A stretch of DNA of 50,807 nt, taken from IMG/VR virus record IMGVR_UViG_3300033388_007794, positions 1-50,807 of that record; one strand, 5' to 3'. The notes under the pieces were generated by a model, which was not told where the DNA came from, ran no database searches, and saw only the letters and a program-made list of their open reading frames with translations. Position 1 is the first letter of the stretch, and every line of letters begins with the position of its first letter. Positions 26,130 to 35,066 of the stretch are shown in pieces. The stretch comes from a virus. Lineage: Duplodnaviria > Caudoviricetes. The position numbers were made by a program, and so were the translations under genes.

Positions 26130-26962
26130 AGCGTATTTTCCAGCTCCTGCAATAAAACTTTAATGTCGTCCTTCTTCTCCTTCACAAATTCCAGATACAG
26201 GCTGGTGTCGGGTCTGTTTTTGTAGTTCAGCATAACCTTTCCGTCCCCGCTTGAACTTCTGCCACCTACATATGGCATCATCTCGAATAGGTCGAGCACT
26301 CTGCCGAAGCAGCTCTTCTGCAGCTCGTCCGGGAGCTGTAATACAAACCGATGATAGAATTTCGTCCCGGGCACAAAACATTCGTAGTCAACTTTCATCT
26401 GCACCGCCTGCTCGCCTTCTTCCCTTTCCGCCCGTAGATCATCTCTGCGCGTGATGAAGCTCTGGTCGGTGAACACACGTATCGGCTGGGAAGCGCGCTG
26501 GTCGTTTTGGTATTCTGAAGGCAGATAATCTTTATATTCCGCACATATGGGCATCATGTGCTCAACGATGAGAATCCCCTGAATCATCTGGTTCCCTATG
26601 GCACAGCCGAATATGGCGGCGGGGATGATGAGGTTCCTCACTCTTTTCCTGAGTGCCAGGTCTATAACGCCTGTGGCCTCTTCCGTGCTCTCCAGGACGC
26701 CGCCGGAAAACAACGAGTGGTACACCTTTGCGTTGGTGAGTTCATAACCCACTAGGTCCAAAAAATCCTTCATCGCCAGCCTGCGGAGTTTGCCGCGGAT
26801 GCCGTTGCCGGATAGGTAAGGAATCGGGACCTCACCTACGCCGTCCACATATATCGTAATGGTCCGTAATACCGGCGTGGACCCGGTTTTCTCGTCACCA
26901 CCGTGAAAAATCGGCGTCAGCGCTATTACAGTACCCTCAATTTCGAAAAACTTTTTATCCAT
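26126..26962 (-). CDS. csf2: Type IV CRISPR Cas7-like backbone
   Basis: ALTPIFHG, PYLSGNGIRGKLRR, LFSGG, IFG, VGGRSSSGDG. Confidence 0.88.
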   Translation of the reverse strand: MDKKFFEIEGTVIALTPIFHGGDEKTGSTPVLRTITIYVDGVGEVPIPYLSGNGIRGKLRRLAMKDFLDLVGYELTNAKVYHSLFSGGVLESTEEATGVIDLALRKRVRNLIIPAAIFGCAIGNQMIQGILIVEHMMPICAEYKDYLPSEYQNDQRASQPIRVFTDQSFITRRDDLRAEREEGEQAVQMKVDYECFVPGTKFYHRFVLQLPDELQKSCFGRVLDLFEMMPYVGGRSSSGDGKVMLNYKNRPDTSLYLEFVKEKKDDIKVLLQELENTL

Positions 26963-27374
26963 CCGTCAATACCTCCTCTAAGTTTGAAGGAGCCAACTCA
27001 GAATTATCCTGCTGGCGCTTAGCGGCACGTTTTCTCTCGTCTCTTATCTCCTTTGCCCGCATGATCGCCAACATGGACATAGGGATGTGCTCAGTATACA
27101 GCTTGTTCAGCACTTCTCTCTCGTGCGGGCGCAACTCCTGGATCAACTCCAGCGCTTCCGCAGGCAGAGATTGAAGCCCGAAGTAGTTTGCTAGCTTACT
27201 CACAGCTTCGTATAGCGTAGCTCTACGACTGGCAGCCCTCACGCGATGGTTGAAGATGTCGTGAGGGTTCTTGCTGGTCCGCATCTTGCTCCAGTCGACT
27301 GCGTTGTAGATTATGGCCAGTAGTTTGACGATCTGCTTTTCCCTCTGTTCGCTATCTGCGTGTGACATCAACAA
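26955..27374 (-). CDS. cas11: Type IV-B small subunit (Cas11-like)
   Basis: 139-aa helical protein between csf1 and csf2, the IV-B gene order. Confidence 0.65.
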   Translation of the reverse strand: MLMSHADSEQREKQIVKLLAIIYNAVDWSKMRTSKNPHDIFNHRVRAASRRATLYEAVSKLANYFGLQSLPAEALELIQELRPHEREVLNKLYTEHIPMSMLAIMRAKEIRDERKRAAKRQQDNSELAPSNLEEVLTDG

Positions 27375-27984
27375 TCACCTCCCACAGGGGATCCCCCTTG
27401 TATTTTGCCAGTTCCCGCAAAAAGTCCTGGTGCCCCTGCTGGAACGCCTTCTGCCAGGTCTTAGGTTTGAATTCCCCGGCAAGCAGTTCCGTTTTTCTGA
27501 TGCCGAGTTCCAATGCTCTAGCCACTTTGCTTGTGTATGCTTCCGCCTTATCGCGCTTAAACAGTATGGGCACATCGTACTTTTCGTGGGAGAAGAAGTA
27601 GCGGTTGGGATTGCAGGCTATGCGGTTCAGGCAGGTGAGCCAGGTCTGGCGCTGGCCTTGCTTGGCGATATGGATAAAGAACGGTGGCTCAGGTGGGTCA
27701 AATAAGACATCTGAGGCTTCGTCGTTTTTGAACGTTCGGAAGCCAGCAGGTGAGGCTATCCACGACCGTTTGCGGAAGGTCTGGTCGGAGAACAGAAAAG
27801 CGCACTCAGGGCACATGCAGTTGCCTGCGTACAGGTAGCTCCAGCCGGTGAAGTTGCCGGAGACGCATTTCTTAACCGGAAGCCCGCGCTCTGTTTCCCG
27901 GCAACATACAACGCATACTCCGGCTGTTTCCCCTTCGACCACACTCTTCTTTGTAGCAGTCAATAAAAGCTCGCCCAGATTCAA
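27352..27984 (-). CDS. csf1: Type IV CRISPR large subunit (Cas8-like)
   Basis: CVVC...SGNFTGW...CPEC Zn finger and PPEPPF motif; first gene of the operon. Confidence 0.78.
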   Translation of the reverse strand: MNLGELLLTATKKSVVEGETAGVCVVCCRETERGLPVKKCVSGNFTGWSYLYAGNCMCPECAFLFSDQTFRKRSWIASPAGFRTFKNDEASDVLFDPPEPPFFIHIAKQGQRQTWLTCLNRIACNPNRYFFSHEKYDVPILFKRDKAEAYTSKVARALELGIRKTELLAGEFKPKTWQKAFQQGHQDFLRELAKYKGDPLWEVIVDVTRR

Positions 27985-28039
27985 GTTTCCATCCCTCTTA
28001 AAACCCTCTTAAAAAAAGTTTTCCTATTTCTTATAGATA

Positions 28040-28068
28040 ATTATAACTCTCTCAGGTTCAATAGTCAA
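28040..28068 (-). promoter_or_regulatory. Sigma-A promoter of the type IV-B operon
   Basis: TTGACT-17 bp-TATAAT. Confidence 0.8.
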
Positions 28069-28090
28069 GCCTCAAAAAAACAATACAAAT

Positions 28091-28118
28091 AAAAAAGCCC
28101 TGCTCAAAAGAGCAGGGC
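28091..28118 (-). terminator. Intrinsic terminator ending the late/lysis operon
   Basis: GCCCTGCTC-TTTT-GAGCAGGGC-TTTTTT. Confidence 0.85.
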
Positions 28119-28180
28119 CTCATAACGCCCGCCGTTCGCAACGGCAGCCTAAGTCTACCGGAATGGCGAGGGCATGATAA

Positions 28181-28369
28181 CTATTTTTCCTTTTTCCCAA
28201 ACGTTTGTGGCATCTTCTTGCCGATAAAGAAGGTCAAAATTGCAAAGAACCATGACTTCATGTCTGCATCTAATTGCATGTCCATGAAATACGCTACGAT
28301 GATTGCCCCCAGAATAATCAACCCAAAACCTACCGCCACAATGTCCACAAAATCGGCGTCCTTTAACAT
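28181..28369 (-). CDS. Putative holin
   Basis: Two hydrophobic segments, basic C-terminus, end of the lysis cassette. Confidence 0.6.
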   Translation of the reverse strand: MLKDADFVDIVAVGFGLIILGAIIVAYFMDMQLDADMKSWFFAILTFFIGKKMPQTFGKKEK

Positions 28370-28482
28370 TCACTTTCACCCACCTTTCTTTTGCGTTTTA
28401 AGCCACGAAAATCACCGGCCTAATACAAAACCATTACCCCACAAAGAACTCCCTCTTAAAATCGAATCTAGCAATTCTGGGG

Positions 28483-29574
28483 CTAATTCGGCCTAATCAG
28501 CCTGGCTTGCCTGCCTTCCCATTTGACCAGGTAGCCCATATTTCCGCCGACGAAGCGGACAGGGACGAGCATTCGACTCTTTTCGGAAATTCTGGCAGGT
28601 TCGTCCATCAAGATTTCCCTGCCATCAACGTCTGCAAGGACGCTGTCAGGGCGCAGGATAATCTCCTTTGCCTGCCTCGGAACTACGGCGTCTGTAGAAG
28701 TCCATGATTCAAAAAAATACCAGCAGACGTCTCCGCCACCGGTCGGGTCGAAATGCGTCAACACGAACTCGTAAGGCAAGTAGGCGTAGCCTCCCTGCCC
28801 CCACTGCGTTCCCCAGGAATTCCGCAGAATGAACGCGTGCTTACTGTCGTCATAGCCGACCAGGGCGACGGCGTGCCCTCCAAGAATGCGTCCCCGGGGA
28901 ATCGGGATGACATAATCCGGAGTTTTAACGTCGAAGAAGTTTTCGCAGACAAGCAAAGCTCCGACGATGGGGCCTTCCCGACTGATTGCTTCTTTCATCA
29001 ATTGGACGGCCCTTTGTCGCTGCTCTGGTGTATCTGTCGGATCTGCCAGCTTTGCGTAGGAAGCTATCACGTAATCTTCGGCGGCCTCGTGGTGAAAAGA
29101 CCTCACTTCGGGAACCTTCGGAGCGGATAGACTCAGCAGTTCTGAATAAGGCAAGCAATCCTCCGAACACACGCCATAATCTTTGAGAACCTTGTACGCG
29201 ACTCTCAAATACGTCCCTTCGCGGTCGGGTATTCCATCTTTCTTTTTGCACATGGCGTAGAGGTAAGCCGCGGACAGCCCGTTTGCCGGGAAGTCTCCTT
29301 GCGAGATTTCCTCGAAGGCTTTGTCCGACCAGGCAACAGCGCACGCCGCGCACGAGCCTCTACTACCCTGGTTGAAGACAGGCGGCAGGTTCGGCCTGTA
29401 ATCAACCTTGTCTGGTAGTGGCGTTTCGGGAGCGCGCGCCTGCAAAACGCGCTCGTACAGGAAGTCCCGCTTGTCCGGCGGGCTGGGCTGACAGGGCAAC
29501 AAAAAATCCCCGTACTGTTGCGGGGATTCTTCTACCGTTTTTCGCAAATTAAGATAATTTTCAAGCTCAATCAA
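28483..29574 (-). CDS. Papain-family (C1) cysteine peptidase with C-terminal copper-amine-oxidase-N-like domain
   Basis: NQGSRGSCAACA, GGHAVALVGY, RNSWG; C-terminal SRMLVPVRFVGGNMGYLVKW. Confidence 0.85.
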   Translation of the reverse strand: MIELENYLNLRKTVEESPQQYGDFLLPCQPSPPDKRDFLYERVLQARAPETPLPDKVDYRPNLPPVFNQGSRGSCAACAVAWSDKAFEEISQGDFPANGLSAAYLYAMCKKKDGIPDREGTYLRVAYKVLKDYGVCSEDCLPYSELLSLSAPKVPEVRSFHHEAAEDYVIASYAKLADPTDTPEQRQRAVQLMKEAISREGPIVGALLVCENFFDVKTPDYVIPIPRGRILGGHAVALVGYDDSKHAFILRNSWGTQWGQGGYAYLPYEFVLTHFDPTGGGDVCWYFFESWTSTDAVVPRQAKEIILRPDSVLADVDGREILMDEPARISEKSRMLVPVRFVGGNMGYLVKWEGRQARLIRPN

Positions 29575-30364
29575 TTCTTCTCTTCCCCTCCACTCTATCT
29601 AGTACCCGGTTGATTACCGTTGCAAACTCGCCCCACTGCACAAGCACGCTCGGCTGCCGGGGCGTGTTGATAATGCCGCGCTGGAGCAGGCGGTCGATTT
29701 CCTCTTGAGGATTCCACACGCGCTTCCGCTCCAGGTTCAAAAACACGGCAATGCCTTCGGCAACCTTGCCTGTGAACTCGTCCACAAACGCCCCGTCCCG
29801 CAGTAAAGCAACATCCCTTGCGCTATTCACGAAGCCGCACTCAAGCAAAACGGCAGGCGCAAGAGTGTTGGCAAGCACATAATACCTTGCGAATTTGTGG
29901 CCTCTGTCTTTGAATTGCACTTCGACCTCCTCGTCCCGCAGGTTCTCCACACCGTCAATTACGACTTCCTCAGCCTCGCTTAACGCTGGTGTGATGTGGT
30001 GGTACGCCATCAGGAAAGGCGTAATTGCCTTGTGGATTTCCTGCTGCAATACCCTTGCGCGGTTGGCGTTAGGAAGGACGAAACTCTCAAAGCCGTTTGC
30101 GCCGGCGGGACCGTCATTGATGTGGAAGCTCACGAAGCAGTCGGCACCAGCGCGGTTGGCGATGGAGCATCTGTCGGCCAGGGTAACATAGGAGTCGCTG
30201 ATTCGCGTCATTACAACAGAAACACCCTGATAGTTCCGCACCAGGGCGTCCTGAGTTTTCAGGGCCAGCTTCAAGGCGTATTTTTTCTCGACGATAAAGC
30301 CACACGCGCCTGGGTCGCGGCCCCCGTGTCCGGCGTCTATCGCGACGCAAGAGTTAACGGCCAT
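29567..30364 (-). CDS. Endolysin, N-acetylmuramoyl-L-alanine amidase (Amidase_3)
   Basis: IDAGHGGRDPGA, EK, SFHIN, PAVLLECGFV. Confidence 0.92.
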   Translation of the reverse strand: MAVNSCVAIDAGHGGRDPGACGFIVEKKYALKLALKTQDALVRNYQGVSVVMTRISDSYVTLADRCSIANRAGADCFVSFHINDGPAGANGFESFVLPNANRARVLQQEIHKAITPFLMAYHHITPALSEAEEVVIDGVENLRDEEVEVQFKDRGHKFARYYVLANTLAPAVLLECGFVNSARDVALLRDGAFVDEFTGKVAEGIAVFLNLERKRVWNPQEEIDRLLQRGIINTPRQPSVLVQWGEFATVINRVLDRVEGKRRID

Positions 30365-30378
30365 TTAAACCACTTCCT

Positions 30379-30594
30379 TCACTTAAATAGCTGCCCGCCT
30401 AGCAACCCTAAAAGGCAGGTGAGAGCCGCAAACAAAAAGCTCGCCCAGTTGGGCAAGCGGTTTGCGATTCTATCCAGTTTCTTGTATAGTTCTTTGAACT
30501 CCTCCCGATTTTCCTCCACGTGGCCGTTGAAGTCTTTCCTGAGACGGCAGATCTGCTCGCCGTGCTTGGCGAGTTCGATTTCGGTTGTGGACAA
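30379..30594 (-). CDS. XhlA-like/holin-like membrane protein
   Basis: Coiled coil plus C-terminal TM segment, directly upstream of the amidase. Confidence 0.6.
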   Translation of the reverse strand: MSTTEIELAKHGEQICRLRKDFNGHVEENREEFKELYKKLDRIANRLPNWASFLFAALTCLLGLLGGQLFK

Positions 30595-30706
30595 TGGCTC
30601 CCACCTCCCAGAAAATTAAAACCGCCGGAAAGGCGGACGTTGCATAATTTACTGGACAAAAATTCCATGGTAAAATGGTTAAAACTTATTAAGAGGAGGT
30701 CTCTTT

Positions 30707-31384
30707 ATGAAGCGTTTCTCTGTTGGCCTACTTTCTGGCTTGATGATCGGCCTGCTACTGGCTACCACCACCTTTGCTTTTGCTTCCCAACCCATAAAGC
30801 TTGTCGTCAACGGCAAGGAGATAGTCTGTGACTCGCTAGCATTCATTAAAGACGGTCGGACGTTCGTTCCAATACGATTTGTGGCTGAGGCACTGGGAGC
30901 AAAGGTGGAGTGGGATGGCGCAACAAATAGTGTAGTTATTACTACAGCTGAAAAAATAAGTTCTCCACTAGGAGGGAGTCCTATGACTTATTCTATTGGT
31001 GAGAGTATACAATTAGATGAGATTAAAGTTGTCGTGCATAACGTAGACTATCTTACCTATCCATCTGGCGAGAAAAGACATTGGGTGATGACCAGAGATG
31101 ACTACCGGATGTGCCTCTTAGATCTGGAATACACGAATATTACAGACGAAGCCATATACCTTTATAGATACTTACCTTTTCCGCTTGACGAGTCGGGAAA
31201 AGTCATCGTCGCTCCGCGTAATGTAGTTAGGGGCTTCGCTCCCGAAGAAAATTTTGATGCTATACCTCGTATCCTGGCTCCAGGAGAAAGCACAAGGTTT
31301 AAATTCGACATCGGTATACCCATCGATAGGGTGCCGTTAAAGGCCATCAGAATAGACAAAGCGGTAATTTCGCTTCTTCAATAG
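30707..31384 (+). CDS. Secreted copper-amine-oxidase-N (stalk) domain protein; moron
   Basis: Signal peptide, GRTFVPIRFVAEALGAKVEWD; opposite strand to the late operon; candidate TTTACT-17-TAAAAT promoter upstream. Confidence 0.85.
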   Translation: MKRFSVGLLSGLMIGLLLATTTFAFASQPIKLVVNGKEIVCDSLAFIKDGRTFVPIRFVAEALGAKVEWDGATNSVVITTAEKISSPLGGSPMTYSIGESIQLDEIKVVVHNVDYLTYPSGEKRHWVMTRDDYRMCLLDLEYTNITDEAIYLYRYLPFPLDESGKVIVAPRNVVRGFAPEENFDAIPRILAPGESTRFKFDIGIPIDRVPLKAIRIDKAVISLLQ

Positions 31385-33198
31385 TCCCCACCGCCCCTGC
31401 TTTGGACGAAAAGTTGAATAACCACATTTGCAACGATGCGCCCGAGATTATCGGGCGTTATCGTTATTTCATGCCAGGTGCCCCGGGTTATCTTGCCTTC
31501 TCCGTCTTTAGCAAGATAGGGGACAATATCGATGTCAGTTTCGCTCAGGCTAAGCCCCGGCACCTCATTTCCGTCAACTTTAACTGTTACTGCCGTCGGG
31601 GAGGGACCAAGATAAATGCCATAGTCGATTTCATGGGTATGGTCAGGCAACTGTATCTGGTGTACGTGTGTGCCACTACTATCTGCGGTATATATATCGA
31701 GATTATACGCACCACTCCAGTCTTCATTAATGCCTATTGTTCCCCAAGTTTCATTGCCTGGAGTCGGGTCGATCAACGCTCTAAATGTTGTCAACCAAGA
31801 GGTTTGATATAAGTGATCGTGAGGTGGATCACCGGCTGTACCCGTATAATCCGTGTAATTTGCGCTATCTCCTTCGAGTTCAAAAACCCTGTGACGGTGG
31901 TCGCCGCCGCCCTCTGTAGTTTCCAGAGATGCTCCTCCTGCCTTTGTTGCTTTAGAGTAAGCTCTAAACTGCCCTGTTTCGTAACTGAGTAGCACCTTAT
32001 TTATCCGCACCGTTTCTTCCGGAATATAAAACCTTATCACCGCCGGATTATCTGGGTCGCAGTTGTCCGCGAAATCGTGGCTGTCTAGATTAGTAGCGCC
32101 CTGGGCGTATACTTCATTTATGCGGGTCCTGTCAGCTAACTCCGCAATACTGCTGGCAATATCCTCTGGCTGGTTGGCGATTTCAAGCCGTATGTCTCCA
32201 GGAGCACCGGTCACGTCAGACTTGGAGATGCCCACTACTCGACTGGTGAAATCAATGCCTAGTTCTTCATCTATCACCCCCACCTGAGCTCCAAGTTGAA
32301 ACTTATCAATCAGATCCCTGGTTAACTGGTACAAATCAGCAGCTTCAACCGAATAAGTTACCCTGGGTATCTTCAATTTCTCCAGCATAGCCCTGGCTGT
32401 CTCATACAAGGTCTCCGCATGCTCATACCTGCGGTCTACCCACACCCGGGAGATAATTCCATACTGTGCCTGCGTATCAGTGTCAATGTAAGGCTGGCCG
32501 GTGGGGTTGACTTCCTCGATTGTAAGTTGGTTGACCCCTTCGCCGTAGCCCAGAGCATAGAGTCTGGTGCAGAGATGGGTCGGGTCTTCTTCCTTGGTTA
32601 CGCCACGGAGGTTTTTCCTGTAGCGGATTTGCGGTCCAGGTTCGTTGCTGGCGGCCAGGAGGTTCAAAGTCCAGGGGTAACTGGTTGTGTCCCACGTCCA
32701 CATATAGTCTTCAACGAATGGCTTCGGCACGGCAAACAAGGCCGCCAGTAAGTTCTCATTCTCGAACTTGTACATAAATTGCTTGCTGAATTCCACCGTG
32801 CCGAGTTGCCAACGGGTCGTGGTCTGGGCGTTCAGAATGTACTGGAGGATGCCGGCGGTGTAAATTCCGGTGCCGCCAATTTGGTGATACCGAAAGAGCA
32901 CGTCATCAAGTAAGGTAGCCAAGACGTGCTCAAGCTGATATGTTATCGTTTTGCCGTCCTCGCTTCGCATCGTCTTGATCGGGATGATGCGGAAGAGGTC
33001 AACCCGCTCGTTACCGTCAAAGATTTCAACAAAACGCAAAGGTTGGCATTCGGTATTTTTCGGGTCGTCTGCTGGCAAAGAGAAACGGGCCGTCCAAAGT
33101 TCGTTGAGATGCTTTTCGTAACCAATATTGAAAGCGTTTTCAAGGTATGCAACCTTATTCATATTCAGGTCATATACAACTACATACACGCCTCTCAT
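31378..33198 (-). CDS. Tail tip / Tal-like minor structural protein (prophage tail endopeptidase family)
   Basis: IRYRKNL, TRLYALGYGEG, GATN..SHDFADNCD; start re-called at ATG 33198. Confidence 0.82.
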   Translation of the reverse strand: MRGVYVVVYDLNMNKVAYLENAFNIGYEKHLNELWTARFSLPADDPKNTECQPLRFVEIFDGNERVDLFRIIPIKTMRSEDGKTITYQLEHVLATLLDDVLFRYHQIGGTGIYTAGILQYILNAQTTTRWQLGTVEFSKQFMYKFENENLLAALFAVPKPFVEDYMWTWDTTSYPWTLNLLAASNEPGPQIRYRKNLRGVTKEEDPTHLCTRLYALGYGEGVNQLTIEEVNPTGQPYIDTDTQAQYGIISRVWVDRRYEHAETLYETARAMLEKLKIPRVTYSVEAADLYQLTRDLIDKFQLGAQVGVIDEELGIDFTSRVVGISKSDVTGAPGDIRLEIANQPEDIASSIAELADRTRINEVYAQGATNLDSHDFADNCDPDNPAVIRFYIPEETVRINKVLLSYETGQFRAYSKATKAGGASLETTEGGGDHRHRVFELEGDSANYTDYTGTAGDPPHDHLYQTSWLTTFRALIDPTPGNETWGTIGINEDWSGAYNLDIYTADSSGTHVHQIQLPDHTHEIDYGIYLGPSPTAVTVKVDGNEVPGLSLSETDIDIVPYLAKDGEGKITRGTWHEITITPDNLGRIVANVVIQLFVQSRGGGDY

Positions 33199-33526
33199 TA
33201 CAACCACCGGTCCTTAAACATAAATCTCACCCAAACGTCTCGAGAGGTCTCTGTATTCTCTAAATAATAGTGTTCTCACCAGAGAGAAGAGCGAAAAAGC
33301 CTCCTTCGATGAAATGTAGTACATTTTGACCATTTGTTTTGCGGTCATTTTCTCAATATCAATTACAATCTCGTCTCCAGGGAAGAGGTTGCTCTGATAT
33401 TGCACAAGCAAGGGCGGTCTCCGGTTCACCACGTCGCGCTCCTCGGCTTCCCGGACGTTACCGCGCTTCTACTGACCGCCCTTTTGTCTTAACAGGATTT
33501 GTAAAAGTTCATCTCTGCTTAGACAT
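33198..33526 (-). pseudogene. Degraded distal-tail (Dit C-terminal-like) gene
   Basis: AAGGAGG RBS and ATG followed by an early stop. Fragments across frames: LFPGDEIVIDIEKMTAK / NGQNVLHFIEGGFFALLSGENTII / TETSRDVWVRFMFKDRWL. Confidence 0.7.
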
Positions 33527-33575
33527 TATTTTGCCTCCTTCTTTGTTGCGCGTAAAAGTTCTACTATGCATTACA

Positions 33576-35048
33576 TTAAGTTTGGGTTCCTACTACAACT
33601 CCATCAGTGTCACTTGTAGGTGCTCCATCTTTAATTCTGAGATTCCCTGCACTATCTACCCATATATGATAATTACCTAACATTAAGTGGCCTGTGTTCC
33701 ATGTTCCGTCACGTAACTTTAAATTATAATCATATATATGCAATTCTCTGTCTGTATGGCCAGCAATTAGTTGTACAGCTTTAGTTCCATCTGATGACTG
33801 AAACCATAATCTTCCCGCTCCGTCAATAAAAACTTTTGGATAAGACTCACCTAGTAACTGAAATTTTACAGTATCATCTGAAGCGGCTAACCAATATGTT
33901 TTCTTTTTTATATACTGGTTTTCCGAATTAGTGTGTGGGTCATTTATTATCAAATCATACAGGTTCAACCCATTTGTTTCTACAAGTTTGGGAGAACTAC
34001 TACCATGCCTGCCGGTAATGTAGCCTTGGGGGCTTCCGCTAACAATATTAACATCTGCTACAGCTCCATATCCTGTAAAATGACCAATAATATTAACTAG
34101 TGATGAAGCATTAATCTTTATACCTTCATCTGCTCCATTCGGTATATCAACAGTAATTCCAAGTAAATTAATAATTCGTCCTGCATTTATTTCCACTCCA
34201 ATTGGACAGGCTTCAAAAAAGTTGTTGTTTCCATTTACACTCCATGTTGGAGCGTTTATTTGTATCCCTACATCACAATGTTGAATTACGCTATTTTGAA
34301 TTCTGATATTGTTTTGGATAACATCTCCACTATTCCCGCTTCCGATTTTAAGCCCTATTCCATTGCCTGCATTTTGGCAATAATTTATATCAACATCATC
34401 AATTAGAATATCGTTTGCTCCTTGAAGTAAAGCAATTCCTGTCGGAACATTTTTAACAGAAACATGTCTTAAAGTGTTGCTCCAACATCTGACAGTAAAT
34501 TCGATACCAGTATCTGTGAAATTATTGACAACAACATTTTCAATTAAATTCCCACCGCTCCAGCTACCAGAATTACCTGCAATTTGAATACCTTTTGCTC
34601 CTTCTCCTTTACCATCTATAGCCAGACCTCTCAATGCGCATCCTTTTGCTGAGAAAGCATTTCCATCACCGTACTTTATAGCATAATCTGCTCCTGTATA
34701 AATAATATAACTGCTTGCTTTGTTTAGAGATGTGTCTGTTGAAGTTGTATTTACGGATGAGGCCCCTAGAAGTTGGACATTATTTTTAAGTTCAAGTGGA
34801 GAAGTAATTTTATATGTTCCTGGAGGAAAGTAGACTATTCCTCCACCGCTCTCTCCGGCAGCATCAATTGCTGCCTGTATTGCTGTCGTGTCATCTGTTT
34901 CTCCGTCGCCCTTAGCTCCGAAACCTTTAACGTTGTAAACAGGTTGCAGCACATATTTTACATAATCGTCCAAATGCGCGTATAACTCGCTAAAGTTATC
35001 GTTCAGCGGCTGACTTTCAATATAGGGACCAATTATCTGCTGAGCCAT
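33576..35048 (-). CDS. Tailspike/depolymerase, pectin-lyase beta-helix
   Basis: NVKGFGAKGDGETDDTTAIQAAID...VYFPPGTY; Asn/Ile-rich repeats; AT-rich DNA. Confidence 0.85.
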   Translation of the reverse strand: MAQQIIGPYIESQPLNDNFSELYAHLDDYVKYVLQPVYNVKGFGAKGDGETDDTTAIQAAIDAAGESGGGIVYFPPGTYKITSPLELKNNVQLLGASSVNTTSTDTSLNKASSYIIYTGADYAIKYGDGNAFSAKGCALRGLAIDGKGEGAKGIQIAGNSGSWSGGNLIENVVVNNFTDTGIEFTVRCWSNTLRHVSVKNVPTGIALLQGANDILIDDVDINYCQNAGNGIGLKIGSGNSGDVIQNNIRIQNSVIQHCDVGIQINAPTWSVNGNNNFFEACPIGVEINAGRIINLLGITVDIPNGADEGIKINASSLVNIIGHFTGYGAVADVNIVSGSPQGYITGRHGSSSPKLVETNGLNLYDLIINDPHTNSENQYIKKKTYWLAASDDTVKFQLLGESYPKVFIDGAGRLWFQSSDGTKAVQLIAGHTDRELHIYDYNLKLRDGTWNTGHLMLGNYHIWVDSAGNLRIKDGAPTSDTDGVVVGTQT

Positions 35049-35066
35049 TTTTACACTTCCTCCTCT

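Noticed and set aside
27993-28014. Tandem CCCTCTTAAAA x2 (third copy at 28451-28461) as a mini-array or operator
   Set aside because: Only 11 bp, no spacer, and it overlaps the csf1 RBS; most simply a local duplication.
28120-28177. Twister ribozyme on the plus strand (UAA, CGCC/GGCG, CCUAAG loop, AGGG)
   Set aside because: Conserved GC and GA positions do not fit, and the central stem pairs better on the minus strand. Kept only as a generic structure.
23300-28480. Canonical CRISPR array near the csf genes
   Set aside because: No three or more regularly spaced repeats. The 41-bp repeats are ~307 bp apart and flank a gene.
31378-35048. Diversity-generating retroelement or invertible tail-fibre switch
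   Set aside because: No reverse transcriptase, template/variable repeat pair or invertase seen.
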